Shown here: in pieces, positions 35,007-46,808 of the stretch
How positions within the stretch are numbered: position 1 is the stretch's first letter
How the letters are laid out: each line of letters starts with the position of its first letter
NCBI GenBank assembly: GCA_905178155.1
Contig: CAJINV010000008.1
Location: 124,001-188,000 of the forward strand
From: Amoebophrya sp. A120
Taxonomy: Eukaryota; Protista; Dinoflagellata
Direction: 5' to 3'
DNA length: 64,000 bases
Notes under the pieces: generated by a model
Databases searched by the model: none
The model's input: only the letters and a program-made list of their open reading frames with translations
Told to the model about the DNA's origin: nothing
Translations under genes and position numbers: made by a program

Positions 35007-37770
35007 TCAGCTCGTAGCCGCCGCAGTCATTTTCTTGAGGCGAATCAAGTCGGGCTCAAGCAGTTTTCGGGTCATGTGGTTGCTCTGCTTCGTGTTTTTC
35101 GGGAGCTGATCCACGAACGTGAATGCCTCTTCAGCCGCATGAACGGAAGTATGAAACTTCTTGAGAAGTCGCAGAAAAGTGGTATTTTTGTCAAACTCCA
35201 GCTGTAACCTCGTTGACGGCAACCCGGCTACGTAAATGCGGAGCTGTGATTGTGAGAGAATGTGATCGACAAGAAAAAACAATGATCGAGACCTGGTGGA
35301 GAAGATGGAGTTTTTCTTATATGAATCTACACACCGCATGATAGTCGGAGCAAAGTAGTACGAGCCGATCAGTGCAATACAACGAAGGCCAAAGCCGAAC
35401 AGCTGCACGTCCGGCTGAACGAAAATCGAAAACACTTATCAAAGCCACCACTGCTGCTCCAGAAGCACATCAATACCTCGAGATAATCCTTCACCACGTA
35501 CTTGCACTGTTCGAGCCATTCAGGCGTAACCTTCGACTCGTAGAAAATGCAGGCTTCCGCGAGGGGAACCGCGGAGTCGTAGAACGTTTTGCTTTTTAGC
35601 TCTTCATTCACACCTATAACGTAGCTCCAGTTGTCGTGGATTATGCCCTCGATCTCACGCGTCTGTAGTTGTTCTTTCAACAATTTTCTCAGCATGTAGC
35701 AAGCAACACGACATAAAATAACAAGAAAAAACAGAACAAGTAGAGGTAGACCACAGCTGGTGTTTGTCATATGAATCTGGAATTTTTATGATTACGCTTC
35801 TAATGCTAATTTCTAAAAAATACGAAGAGGTTTTCGTATTCCTGCTTTCTCGCGATTTCTAGCCTGTCTTCTGCGTCCGTGAGCTTTTTCTCGATCTCGA
35901 CGAGGTTTGTTGGCTGCCTCAGGACCTGTCGTGTGGGTCAATGAAATATATTTTTGATAGTCTCGTCTGATGTTGTGGTATATTTTATTATCATCTGAAT
36001 AGAAAGGAGCAAAGGCGTGGCACTGTGACTCTGCAGATGCGGCGAGAGAATCATGAAAACAAAACAAGCCAAGCGTAAGTACTTCCGAGTCAATGAAGTT
36101 TTTCGCGCCAAGGTACATTTCCTCGTAGGCCACCCACGCAAGGTCGAACTCACTCAGTTTCTTGCCGAATTCTTGATTGAACTGTTGTGAGATTTTTTGA
36201 AAAAATCAAAGATGCAAAACCTCGGTCTTCACATCCATGCTCAGGCAGAAGCCTTGAAATTTCAGCGAATGAGAGGACTGTATCGGCTGCCCGCCCTGGT
36301 ACCGCGGCAATTTCCGTAGCTTGGCGTCAGCGTCTTCTAGGAGCGATGTCACATCATAACAAATTTGAGTAGAACGCCTCTTGATACGCTATGCGCAACT
36401 GCACAAGGACAAGCCTGGAGATTTTTCTTAATGTTTTACCTTTTTCAATCCTGTTGGAAAGTCTTCTTTGACTTCCTTTTCCATGTGCGAGGCAAGTGTC
36501 GTCATTGAAGTGTCCAGCATCTTCAGAAATTCCTCGGACTTTGCGGCAAGCTCGGGAGCTATCTCGTTGTAATCAAAATCTCTTCCATTGAACGAAACCG
36601 CCGTACTGGCGCAGATCGCCCTCGCCACTTTTATCAAACTCGCGGGGTATCCAGTCGGAAAATATTGTGGTGGCTGAAAAGTGAATAAACAATGAAATGA
36701 CTTCGGCGAGGACGGTAGCGTGATCCATCATATCATACCAAAGTAGCTATTACTATCGGTGTTTCTGTCGCAACATGGTGCGATGCTGCAGAATGAAAAA
36801 TGAAATATCAAGATCATAACGTTAGAACTTAGATGCAACACCGTCAAGTAAAAAATGATATAGACAAGTATGCAGCACGCAGTAGCTTCTGCTTGCTGTA
36901 CCGGAAAGGCCAACATGTGGTGCAGTTTGAACCGATATTCCTTGGACGCGTCTGCCTTGACAAACACCGTTAGTAGCCCGAGCATGCTCAGGAAGCGGGC
37001 GACTTTTCGAAACGAGAGGTCGTCGAGCACATCGGAGGCGACAAAGGGTAACGATTCTTGTATGGCGATGCATTCCTTCAGCATGGCAAACTCCTTTGTG
37101 CCCTTGAATTTGATCACCTCCGGCGTGCCGGTGATCTTTTCTTTCTTCCCTGAGAAGTTCTTGTAGTTAATTTTTCACTGGTACTGGTTAAAGAGGGATT
37201 GATCACGGCCAGAAAACGAAATTAAATTTATACAACTGAGGCTGTCCTCCTTTATGTCAACAACTTCCTATTCGCCCTCGCAGGCACGAAAGGACTCTGC
37301 TTTATTCCCACAAAGAAAAAACAGGCGTAGTTGTAAAGCTAGTTCTCGGGGTACCCTTTTTTCCCATCTCTTCGGCGGTTGGCTGTCGAGAACTTTTCAA
37401 TCAGCCGGAACCCAGCCCTCGGGAATCTCGGGTCCTGGACGATACTCCCTCGGCCTCAATGGCGCCGTGGGACCCGAAGAATCATAATTTCACTCGGTGC
37501 GCTCCCGCGTGGAGCTGATAAGTCGTATGACTGGATGAATGTGGTTTGGTTTTCTTGTTGAGCCGCCAACTCAACGAACACGAACGGCAAGCGGAAGCTA
37601 TGCTACAGCTCACATCACTCAAATTTGCCTCCCACTCTAACTCCGGTCTGGCGCCGCTAAAGTCCCTCGTTGGAGCGATATTTCGGCCCAATCCCATCTA
37701 GATGAATTAGATACGCGCCTCCTCAACTACAACCTTCGTGCTCGTCCTCGGGTAGCTCGAAAGTTCAGAC
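35007..37770 (-). CDS. Unknown helical protein, at least 8 exons, with in-frame TGA codons in its 5' exons
   Basis: Canonical GT-(C)AG introns join ...EDEHE|VIRLISSTRERTE*NYDSSG...EGWVPAD*KVLDSQPPKRWEKR|YQ*KINYKNFSGKKEKITGTPEVIKFKG...AFP|PPQYFPTG...GLKK|FNQEF...DSE|VLRQ...NLF|TREIE...YLE|LRIYV...AAATS. Start codon not located. Confidence 0.7.
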
Positions 37771-38528
37771 TACCGCAGAACAAGAGACTTTGACTCGCGG
37801 GCAGGACTTGCCCTTCGCCTTCTTTTACGCCACGAAAACAACGGAGATCGACGCGCGCAAAGTCAACTTTGGAAGTGCCCATCATGTCTCCCCTTATTTA
37901 CCTTTACGAACGACTTTCTGGGTTTTAGTATCAGGTTTGATGCTGATTTTCCTTGGTATTTTACAATGCTCGGATGCAACATTTCGAGGATTGGTTGCTC
38001 GCAAATTCACATGTGAAAGGTCAAGGACGATGTTGAATTGAAATAGAAATCCTAATCATACACTTGAAGCGGCAACTAGACATGTGTTGGGTTTTGCTTT
38101 TGCTGTTTAAGACAGGTTCGACTGGCCCTGCGTAGTGAATTTTTCATCCGGCGAGGTCCACCTCCATACAACCCGGTACTTCATTCATGAATCAGTACGT
38201 TTCCGTTGAAGAAAATGAAAAGAGACTGCCCTGACATAGATATTCTTTTTGAAACTTTCACTTTCTGCAGATTCAATAACCTGACAGATGGAACTCGAAC
38301 TGCCAAAAAAAAAACGTCATGCTCAATCAATAAACGATAGCGCGAAGGAGAGATGATTCATTGAGGACATCAGCTGGAGTAGTGAAACTACCGGGGGTTT
38401 TCTGGATTTCGTTTCGGTATTAGAATCATTCACTGCCGCACACGCACTCGAATCAGGGTCGCAACTTCCTCCACAATCAATTTCGCCCGTTGGGCTGCCC
38501 TCGCTCCGACGCCTAGATCGATCCACAC

Positions 38529-40508
38529 TTAAGTCCATTTCCCGTGTCCAACGGGTTCGACCGCACGACCATCTGCTTTGTTGCTGTTGCTGGGCGAGGA
38601 CAGCGAAATCGCTCCGCTCAGTGGTGCGGCCGTCGCTCTTTTGCTGTTCTTGCGCACACAGGATAGCATCGGGCTTGAGAACCAGTGCTGCTCACAAGCA
38701 TTCGTGAAGTTCTTCAAACCATGCCCCAGCGGAGAAGCGGGATTTAACGACCAAAACTCCGGAGCCCAGGCTTGTCGGAAACCGAGAATCCGCACCGTCA
38801 GATGGGAAATAACCTGATTTGGGTGTGAGACGACGACTTTCTCCTTCAATGATTTTTCGCCGTGCTGCTGGGCTCCTACTGCTACTTCGCTATGCGCTTT
38901 CGCTAGCACAGCATCGGTAGCCGAAAGGAGCACGCCCTTGCGCCGTTCAAAGTTCTCTCCGTCCGGATGGCTCTCTGGCGTTGAACCCATGCCAAGACGC
39001 TTCCGAAAACAACCCATCACCTGTTTAAGTTTATGGAACCAACTTGAAAGACATTACCAGCAGAAGAGAAGACTGGTCATCAATCAAAGCGCCTGTATAC
39101 ACTTAGCGTTAGCTGCAATAAAAACGCCTCAGAAACAAGCTACGAGAGGCCCACCGGATCAAGCAAGCTTCTTCATCAAGCATCAGACTCTTTTTCTTCC
39201 ACGATTACCGGTTCTTGCGCTCTCTCTTTATTTTGTAAAACTTAGTAACTCGACATAACCTTAATAAATCACTTGACCTGTGAGTGCGCGTGTGTTTTTA
39301 TTAGACCGAGCTGTTTCTAGTACACGTGCTAGCAGGGTGGTTGGAGTTGTACACATGCAAGCAATACACAACATTTACATGGACAATTCGGCCCCCACAC
39401 AGCAACTCAATACCCTAGCGTGGGCAACGAAAATGTCCAGTCCGGTCGAGCCCGGCAAATTGTGAAAATCCTCCTCACAGCGAGAGGCCGGGATACCGAG
39501 CGCCCCGAGCAGGGCAACGTGGAGCGCGCCGTTGTCCGCCGAGTCAAAGCCTCCGACGTATTGCTCTCCCTTCAAAAACGGCGTGTGCTTTTCCGGGCGG
39601 CGATGCTCCAGAGTTGCCCATTGGCGGAGAAACCGCCGCGTGCGCGGATTGTTTCGAACCATGTAGGAGCCCGCCATGACATCGTTGTGGTGTTCGAGGC
39701 CCCACCACCGCTCAAAGAACATCAAATCAGCCCCGGCCGCTGACGAAGAGTCTGACCGAGGAGGAACAAACGCCAACCGCGAGGTGCTTGCTGCTGCGCG
39801 GAGGTGTTCTTGCACTGTGAATGTGCTTTTTGCTTTCGTTGCGTTCGGAGGCAGCGCACTGAGCGATCCGGTGCCGGTCATAACAGATAACCATGGCGCA
39901 AGATCCAGGTCGAACGAGCGCGCCCCAATGTCTGAGTCCAACGCGATGTAGATCGTCGGATCTACGTGTTGGTCGGCTTTCGCCTTGTCCTCGCGGTCAA
40001 CATCGGCAGCAGGTTCATCTCGCTGAAGAAGATGGCCTTCACTTGATGCTCGTCGCGTCCTCACTTTTGACTCAAGGTAGGCGGCCAACAGACAGTGTCG
40101 GAGGAAGTACGGGTTGTTTGCGCGGTCGAGACAGCCCTTCCGCGTTTGCGGGGACGCGGCCAGAGCCCAGGCTTCATTGGTGGCCGTGAGGTTTTTTACG
40201 CCGAAAGTCCGAAAGGAATAACCAAAATGATTGGCAAAGCATCGAACGCTCGCCATCTGCCTCGCATTCCTTTCCTCCTCCTCGAGCCAATTCGCGTCAG
40301 CAAACACTAGCAGCTCGACCTTCGGACGAGACGAGGCCGAGGTACCAGCACGATGCGGAGGAAGATGAATCGATGCCACCAGCGGATTTTTAAGCTTGGG
40401 AAAAAACAAAAGGGCAAGATATGTCCTCCAGATCCCGGCGATAATAGCAGACGACGAAACGAGCCGCGTCCGTCTATGACTAGATGACATCCCATGGTGG
40501 CTGTGCAT
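38529..40508 (-). CDS. DUF273-like putative nucleotide-diphospho-sugar (glycosyl)transferase
   Basis: Motifs FLRHCLLAAYL, ALDSDIG (DxD), DLMFFER, VMAGSYMVRN...FLRQWA, DSADNGALH, CFRKRLG; N-terminal hydrophobic anchor. GT-AG intron ~39021-39412. Confidence 0.65.
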
Positions 40509-41414
40509 GTTAGTATCAGCCTGGCACTTGCGCTCGTTCGCTGTCGCTGCTCATGTGCGACAAATAATCATTTTTCGAATTTGAATTTCACATCACAGCA
40601 CGACATCGAAGATGACCAGATACTTATATCGAAGATGACGAAGAGGATGACGACGACTACATACAGAAACAAACAAGAAGGACGATGAAAAAGTCAATCA
40701 GAATCAGGTTGAAGAGAGTCATACTTTATGTGTACGCGTCTCACTTTCATCGAAGACAGAGGCGTGGATACCATGCGACCGCACTTTATCAAAAGCTGCA
40801 AGCAACCTGTTCTGGTCTCTTTCGGTTTGCACACTGTAGCTCTTCCTCGTCCCAACTGTTCTGGTCTGTTTGATGCTCTAGAATCTCAATTTCTTTATCT
40901 TCCTCTACTTCCACTGCAGCCCCGCAAAGCTTGCTGAGAAAACAAGGACAAGGAGGTCGATGCAAGTTTTGTCCAAAGAAGTTCGACACAAAAATCTGCA
41001 TCGCATCAACGCATGCATTTCTGAATTAGCTCACAGACAACCAGGCCCCTTCAAAGTTATTTGTTCTTAGTTGGAGTGATCGTAATTATGCTAACGAATC
41101 GCATACGTTTCCTCGTTGTTAATCTGTGAAGTCCGAGGTGAATTTAAGCGATTTTTAGATAGGCAACTCCGCCACACAGGCATTGTCGGCCAAATCGTAA
41201 TGGATACGGCATCGACCACATGCATCGTGAAGATCGTCCACACGACCTTACAACGGGATCGCATCGGATGATAGGACAAAAAAAAATTACAATTACTTAA
41301 AAAAATGGCTCGAGTTGTTCTTACTTGTAACCAACACAGGAGCAATAGCAATACAACTTCTCGATCATGAAGCATATTCATTTACGCTTCTCGGATCGTG
41401 GTCTAGGCGGTTTG

Positions 41415-44400
41415 TTATTGTTTCTTTTCCGGTGGAATTACCTCCGGAAGAAACACTCCGGCCTGCGCCACCTGCTCGACATCCGTTTGCTCTCCAGCGA
41501 GTCTTTCCGCTTTGTCGATCTCCGGAGAGCTAGTAGCCATGGTCCGAATGGATCCGGCGCGCTCGATCTTCCGGTATTCTCGCAGTAACACGACAAAAGA
41601 AAGCAGCCGCAGAAACACGGTGATGCCCAACAAAACGAAGACGGAGAAAGAGGAATTTTCAGAAACTGTGTCACCCACTGGCCAAATGTCGCCGGACGTG
41701 AGTCCGAGGGATTGCAAGGCCCCGTCGCAGGTGGTGACAGGACAGATACCAACGGTGCCGACGAGCTCCCGCGAGTCGCAGCAAAAAGGGCAGGGCGAAT
41801 CACTGCACGTCTTCGGCGCTGGATGTACACCTGAACAATGGGAAATTCCAGACAGGTCTCTACTCACGGTCGTATCGAAGATGATCCACGTGGCGTTATT
41901 CTTATCAATTTGGCTTTGGAAATTCAAATCGAAGTGCAAGTGCCGATACACAACTACGCCACATATAATCCATATGTTTCTCTTTCTCTTTCTGGTACTT
42001 TTCAACATCGTAGACGTTGCAGTCCCAGGAGTTGTTGACTCCTGGTTTCAGTTCTTTATCTTTCTTCTCTTCACTCTTTGTGATTGTGAAGTAAGTCTTC
42101 ATCATCTAAGAACATTTCGGCTTTCAGTCGGAGGTATCTATGGTTTCATCTAGGCGAAGAAAATAAAAACTGAAAAACTGAAGTGCCGCGTCACAGCGTT
42201 GCGGTACCAGGGTGCCCCATTTCCAACCACGCGCTGGTTCGACACGACGCGTCCGGTTCCTTGCAATTGAACTCATTGAAAACGAGCGCCTGCCACGCGT
42301 AGCGGAACGGCGTCACGTAGGAAAGTGCGCCGAACGGGAAGAGGGGCATCGACTCGACGTCGATCATGAAGCCGGAGAGAAGTACCTGGGGCAGCACGAC
42401 CACCGGCGTGATGGCCAGGGCCTTGTCGATGCTGCCGGCCTTCGCGGACACGATGAAACCGAACGAGGAACCCACATTCGCCTGCAGCATGATCACCAGG
42501 ACAGCGACCAGAAAATTGTCAAAGGAGTCCTGGTTTAACCCGATGAGGTTATGGCGCGCGCAAAGTTGCTTTTTGAAAAGTACTAGAATTTTTTTTTTGC
42601 AAGCGCTTCAGTGCTCAAGCCTAGCTAATAAAACTAGCTAATTCTAAATATGCATGAGAAGTTCAGCGCGAATAAGTGCAAAAGCACGTCGGCGCCGAGA
42701 GGTAAGTTGGCTGGTACTCTTCGAGGCTCTGGTCTACGGATCTGTCCAGGGCGGTCCCGTCGCCAAGCCTTGCTGAGGGTCTTCTACTCGGAGCTGTGGC
42801 TAGGTGTACGGTCCCAAAACGACGAAAACCGCGGGGAGCTTACCAACCTCCGATACCTGGTTCCGAACATCCAGCCAGATCTTGACTCTGGCGCACGATG
42901 GCGCTACCTACACTGCGACGGCGCATTAGCTGTCGCACATGGGAAAAAAACCTCTGCGAATCTATTGTGAAACTTCGCCCGAGTTTGCACCCCTCCGCAG
43001 ATGCCAACTGATCGGCCTCTTCGGGAGGGGTAGTTACATCGGGATTGGCGATTTTTTGGGGGGGTGTTTCGTAGGCCATTTTGCCGGCCCCTTCGAAGCC
43101 CCTTTGGGGGGCCTCGTGTTGGGGAAGGCCTGCGTGCCGGTTGCTCTTTTCGCTGCGGTCCACAACAGGCGGTCTCCGCACTTGCGTATTGCGAAGTCAT
43201 TCGCAAACTCGTACTAGACGCTGAACGTCATGAGATGGTCGCTCTACTGTTTCAACCGGAGTAGATGACTGTGCGCGCAACCAGAAACATGTCCGCGCTC
43301 GCCACGACGTACCGATAGCGTTGCGGACAGATCCGTGGACCAGCCCCCCTTCGTGGAAGACGACTTTACTACCTCTGAATTGGACGCCTTGCTATGCATG
43401 CAAAACTCCATCTAGTATAATTAGCTAACTCTATCTAGTCTAATATAGCTAGTTGCCGACGTGCCATGCAAACATTAAAAAAAAAATTCTAGTACTTTTA
43501 AAAACGCAACTTTGCGCGCGCCATAGAGGTAGTAGACGATGCAGACCGTCAGCCCTGCGTAGAAGCTTTGCAACGGAATGTCCAGCAAAACCTTACTGAG
43601 CCAAAACTGCCACGGGGTGTACAGGCGGTCGAGCGCCTCGCGCAGAAACACGGGACGTTCGCCGATAAACACATTCAGCATTCCTAAGGCCGAAAAGAGA
43701 AGCTGCGTGAGGCACAGCAGGAACGCAACCGCCGATCGGTTCCGCACACCGACGACGTTTTTCTCGAGCTGGAAAAACAGAAAGCCAACCATGAGGCCAA
43801 TAAACACCGTCTGCGCCAAACGAATTTTGGTCAAGAACGGTTCCCGTTTCATGCACGTGAAAGAACGGTGGAGCAGCACCTTGAACATGGGGACAACTGG
43901 ACCGCGCTTGGCTACACCAGCACTGTGGCTAGCTGCACTAGTACTAGCGACGTCCACCATTCCGATGGCAGCAGGGGCGACACCAATGGCACCAGCAGGT
44001 CCGCTTAGACTATTAGTGACTGCGACCCCCTCGTCGTAGCTTTTCTTCATTTTTTATCCAGGAAAAAACACCCATCCCCATCCAATTTGTGATGCAAAAC
44101 ATGCATAAAGTCCCGTATTTGGCATGCAAAAAATGGATGGGGATGGGTGTTTTTTCCTGGATATTTTTCGCACTACTTCCGGCAGCGTCTCGAGAACATC
44201 CATGACGTGGTCCGCGGGGTTCGTATCCGCTGGGACCGGACAACCTAGTTCCTTGAACTTTGCGATGAGCTGCTGCACGGTTCCAAAAAACACCGCTTCC
44301 CCGTGTCCGGCGAGCAGAAAGACTTTTTTGAACATCCTGAAGACCTCCGCGGAAGGTTGGTGGATCGTCGAGATGACGGTGATATGCATTGCAAAAGCAT

Positions 44401-45821
44401 AAGCATCGCGGCACTAGTAGAAATCGCATTACGAATTCGGTCCGCATTATGGGGGGACAAAATTCGGAAACGAACTGAGAATGGCCTTGTTTTTGCGTCT
44501 AGATATAGGCTCGATTTCTTGGGTTGCTTGATTTTTTTGGTTCGCCAGCGCGCCCAAATGCACGCGCACGGATTTACTTTCTGTGTCCATGGCAACCATT
44601 TCCGGAGCCAAATCGGCGGAAGTCATTTTATAAAATATTACGCCCCCCTGGTGTATATCCACGACGGGACGGCGTGGATATAGGATACCGCGCTGGATAT
44701 TCAATATTTAGGGCGGAATGGGCGCGGATATTCTATAGAAGGTATTTCTAGCGCGAGCGCCGCGCCGTTTTCGAAACAATGCAAGTGGTGCAGGCGCGAA
44801 CTTCAGGTAGAGAATTCGGCGCATTAGGCCGCTGCTATTGCGCAAAAACTAGACGCAGGGGGCCTCGCCTGAGCTTCCCCGAAAGTGGGCAATTCGCCAA
44901 AAACCCGCTATATCTAAGCCTCGAAAAAAGGCCGTTCTCAGTTCGTCGCCCCTAGTTTGTCCCCCCATAGTCCGCATGAGAAATAGAATTTGTCATGCTG
45001 TTTCACGACCTTGGGATGGAGGTTTGTAATGCATGACTGGGATTACTACGAATACGATACTTTTGCACAGGATAGGTGACTCCCTTCACTCCCGCGCCGT
45101 CGTCGTTGGTCAGCTGCCGCAGATCCTCAACCAAGGTTTTCGCTTTCCGGCTGTCGAGCCCGGAGGTCGGCTCGTCCAGCAGCAGCAAGTCGGGATCAGA
45201 ACAGAGTGACAAGGCAACATTGAGTCGCTTCCGCTCGCCCCCACTCAGTCCACCGGCGCCGCCGATGGAGGACGCTTCGTCCCCAACTTTCGTGTCTGCG
45301 CACTTCTCCAGGCCCATGCGGAGCAGCATAGAGGCCACCTCCTCGTCGACATTCTCGTAGTCGGCCCCTACCGAGAGCAGGCGGTACCGCAGCGCCTCGC
45401 GGGGGGTCAACACGCGCAACATGATGTCGTCCTGCGTGACGTAGCCCATCCTTGCCCGAAGCTCGTCCCGTTCCAGCTGCGAACACGCTGTCATGTTGAC
45501 GCTGTCAAAAACTAAGCTCCCATTCCAACTGGCGCCCACTCCAGGTCTTCCCATCAACGAATTCAAAAACGTAGTTTTTCCCGCGCCACTCGCTCCCATG
45601 ATCGCCACGAACTCGGACTCCGCGAAACAGACGGATACCTCATGCAGGATCCGCTTCTCGCCCCGATTGACGCAAAGTTTCTCACAACGGAGTGCGATTC
45701 CGCCCTTTCGAGAGGAGCGTCGCCGGGCTGGGCTTTGGGGAACCTGCAAGTGGAGGTTACCGCTTTGCGACGGCGTGGGCGGGCCGACGCCCGCGTCTGT
45801 ACTCGTCGCGCTGCCTGTCAT
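41415..45821 (-). CDS. ABCG (White-like) half transporter
   Basis: Walker A GASGAGKT, signature LSGGERKR, Walker B LLLLDEPTSGLD, H-loop STIHQPS, TM region ERPVFLRE...PFRYAWQALVFNEF. Three introners plus canonical intron 41831-42207. Confidence 0.93.
42550..43525. mobile_element. Long introner, 976 bp
   Basis: ~49-bp TIR TATGGCGCGCGCAAAGTTGC.TTTT.AAAAGTACTAGAATTTTTTTTTT; TSD GAGGT at 42545-42549 and 43526-43530. Removal gives IVYYL-IGLNQDSF. Confidence 0.92.
44055..44163. mobile_element. Introner, 109 bp
   Basis: 30-bp TIR TATCCAGGAAAAAACACCCATCCCCATCCA; TSD TTTTT. Removal gives EVVRK-MKKSY; the retained form has an in-frame stop. Confidence 0.92.
44383..45074. mobile_element. Introner carrying a nested element
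   Basis: Ends TATGCATTGCAAAAG and (revcomp) TATCCTGTGCAAAAG; TSD GGTGA at 44378-44382 and 45075-45079. Removal gives VKGVT-VISTIHQPS. Confidence 0.88.
44448..44969. mobile_element. Nested TIR element, 522 bp, with 8-bp TSD
   Basis: TIR TATGGGGGGACAAA...CGAACTGAGAA.GGCCTT...TAGATATAG; GTCCGCAT duplicated at 44440-44447 and 44970-44977. Confidence 0.88.
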
Positions 45822-46808
45822 ATCTTTCGACCTACTTTTGTGCTCCTTGAGCTCGAGGCCTACTGCAGCTGCAATAGATGCACTCAAGTAAACAGGTGAA
45901 CACACGAAGAACTGAATAATGTCACCAAGACCAATACTCAGAAGTAAGTACAAAACCAAGTACAAGAAGCAGCGGCACGGCTGCCACCAGGAGTCACTAA
46001 TCAATTTCACGCCCTACAGTCAATATGCACAAAAAGAACGATCTGATCACGGTGGGGAATGAATAGTCATAGCAAAGGGCCGTGAGTAAATCATTATCGT
46101 ACATGAAAACGACGAAGCCCAAGGGGATCCGAATATATACATGCTTTCCTTAAAACGAAATAAACATAAACCGAATTACCGAGTATGAGTAATTTGATGT
46201 GGCTCTGAAGGATCTCTTCCTTGCCTCTTTGTTCCTGCGTTCTGGTTCTGCCCCTCCCTGCACTCCTACTTTCATACGTGACGAGACACACCCTCATGAC
46301 CATGAAGATGTTCTTGTTCTTATGTCACGATTGCGAATGCGATAGGCATAGGTGCAAAGATCATCATGGCGATGGCGGACGCAAAGCCAAAAGTTGAAGT
46401 GTGTGGCTGTAATGTTGATGAACTGCAGCGCAGCCTACAGCACGTTTACTTCTACTCCTTTTCGTTCGCCTAGATCACCGAGGCGGGAAGAGAAAGATGA
46501 ATTGCATTCATGATGACCGATTTCGTGGTGTGACAGTAACTAGAACTTCTACGACAACCACCCTGTTGCATAAAGCAGATATTACAAGCACTGCCTCGTT
46601 ACCGGTGCACGTAGTTTTACATTTGACACATTCAAAGCATCTTCACGACGTCCTCGTCCTTCACAAGTAAAGAACGTCCTTTGATGCTACATGCAATGCT
46701 ACTGGGAGGATCAGCTTCTTGAACTTACAGAAGACGCTAGTGCAACTGGAACTGGTACAACTGGAGCGTGCTGAGCTCTGCGAGCCAATATGAAAGCGAT
46801 ACCAACAT

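Noticed and set aside
38144-38146. MEVDLAG(TGA)KIHYAGP as a possible first exon with TGA-AA
   Set aside because: It could not be linked by a convincing splice path, and TGAAA is common by chance.
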